This document shows positions 63,681-64,000 of a stretch of 64,000 nt of DNA, piece by piece. A program made the translations under genes and the position numbers. The notes beneath the pieces were generated by a model. The model did no database searches. It was given only the letters and a program-made list of their open reading frames with translations, and was not told where the DNA came from. Source of the stretch: Dudresnaya verticillata (taxonomy: Eukaryota); assembly GCA_977862235.1 (NCBI GenBank), contig OZ374564.1, forward strand, positions 682,001-746,000, given 5' to 3'. The first letter of the stretch is position 1, and the number at the start of each line of letters is the position of its first letter.

Positions 63681-64000
63681 GTAGTTGATTTATTCGTAAT
63701 TAGGTAATTGTAACGATGCTGTACAGTACGTAGTGTCAGCCGGGCAATGAGAATGCCGAGCATGTCCGCAACGGTGACCGGGACCAGTAGGGCCGGACCC
63801 ACCTGGTGGACCAGACCCATTGGGGTCTGGCCCACACGGACCGGACCGCGGGGCGTATCTCCCAGTATATTAATGGGTGGCCACCGCGAGTCCTACAGTA
63901 AACGGGTACGCAACCCTGGGCAAAGTGACTTACCCTAAGCCTTACCCTCATACTCCTTTACGGTTTCCCCTCGCCAGCCCCGTGCAGGGATTCCTCCTAC

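Noticed and set aside
1..64000. Naming the host organism
   Set aside because: Intron-poor ORFs and this TE mix suggest an alga such as a red seaweed, but no host gene is present to support it.

Overview
Eukaryotic, repeat-only window (no host housekeeping genes, RNA genes or CRISPR) made of nested transposable elements. The centre is a ~34.8-kb DNA transposon (13419-48175) bounded by 22-bp terminal inverted repeats CACC(A/G)GGGGGACAAATCAAGGC and a 2-bp CA duplication. It splits the integrase of an old Ty1/Copia copy, whose two halves rejoin when the element is removed. It encodes a decayed CACTA/EnSpm (Transposase_21-type) DDE transposase and at least five large cargo genes: two tandem paralogues ending in a PhyH-like 2-oxoglutarate/Fe(II) dioxygenase domain (one with an intact HxD...H triad, one without), a possible degenerate UPF1/SEN1-like helicase, a possible Tudor-like protein and an unknown protein. 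Its intergenic spacers are rich in a GAAAGGA motif, tandem arrays and hairpins. The flanks hold two chromodomain-type Ty3/Gypsy elements that carry a conserved antisense accessory ORF, an intact-ORF Copia element, several Copia solo LTRs and a third Gypsy gag. All family assignments come from motif recognition by eye; no searches were run.
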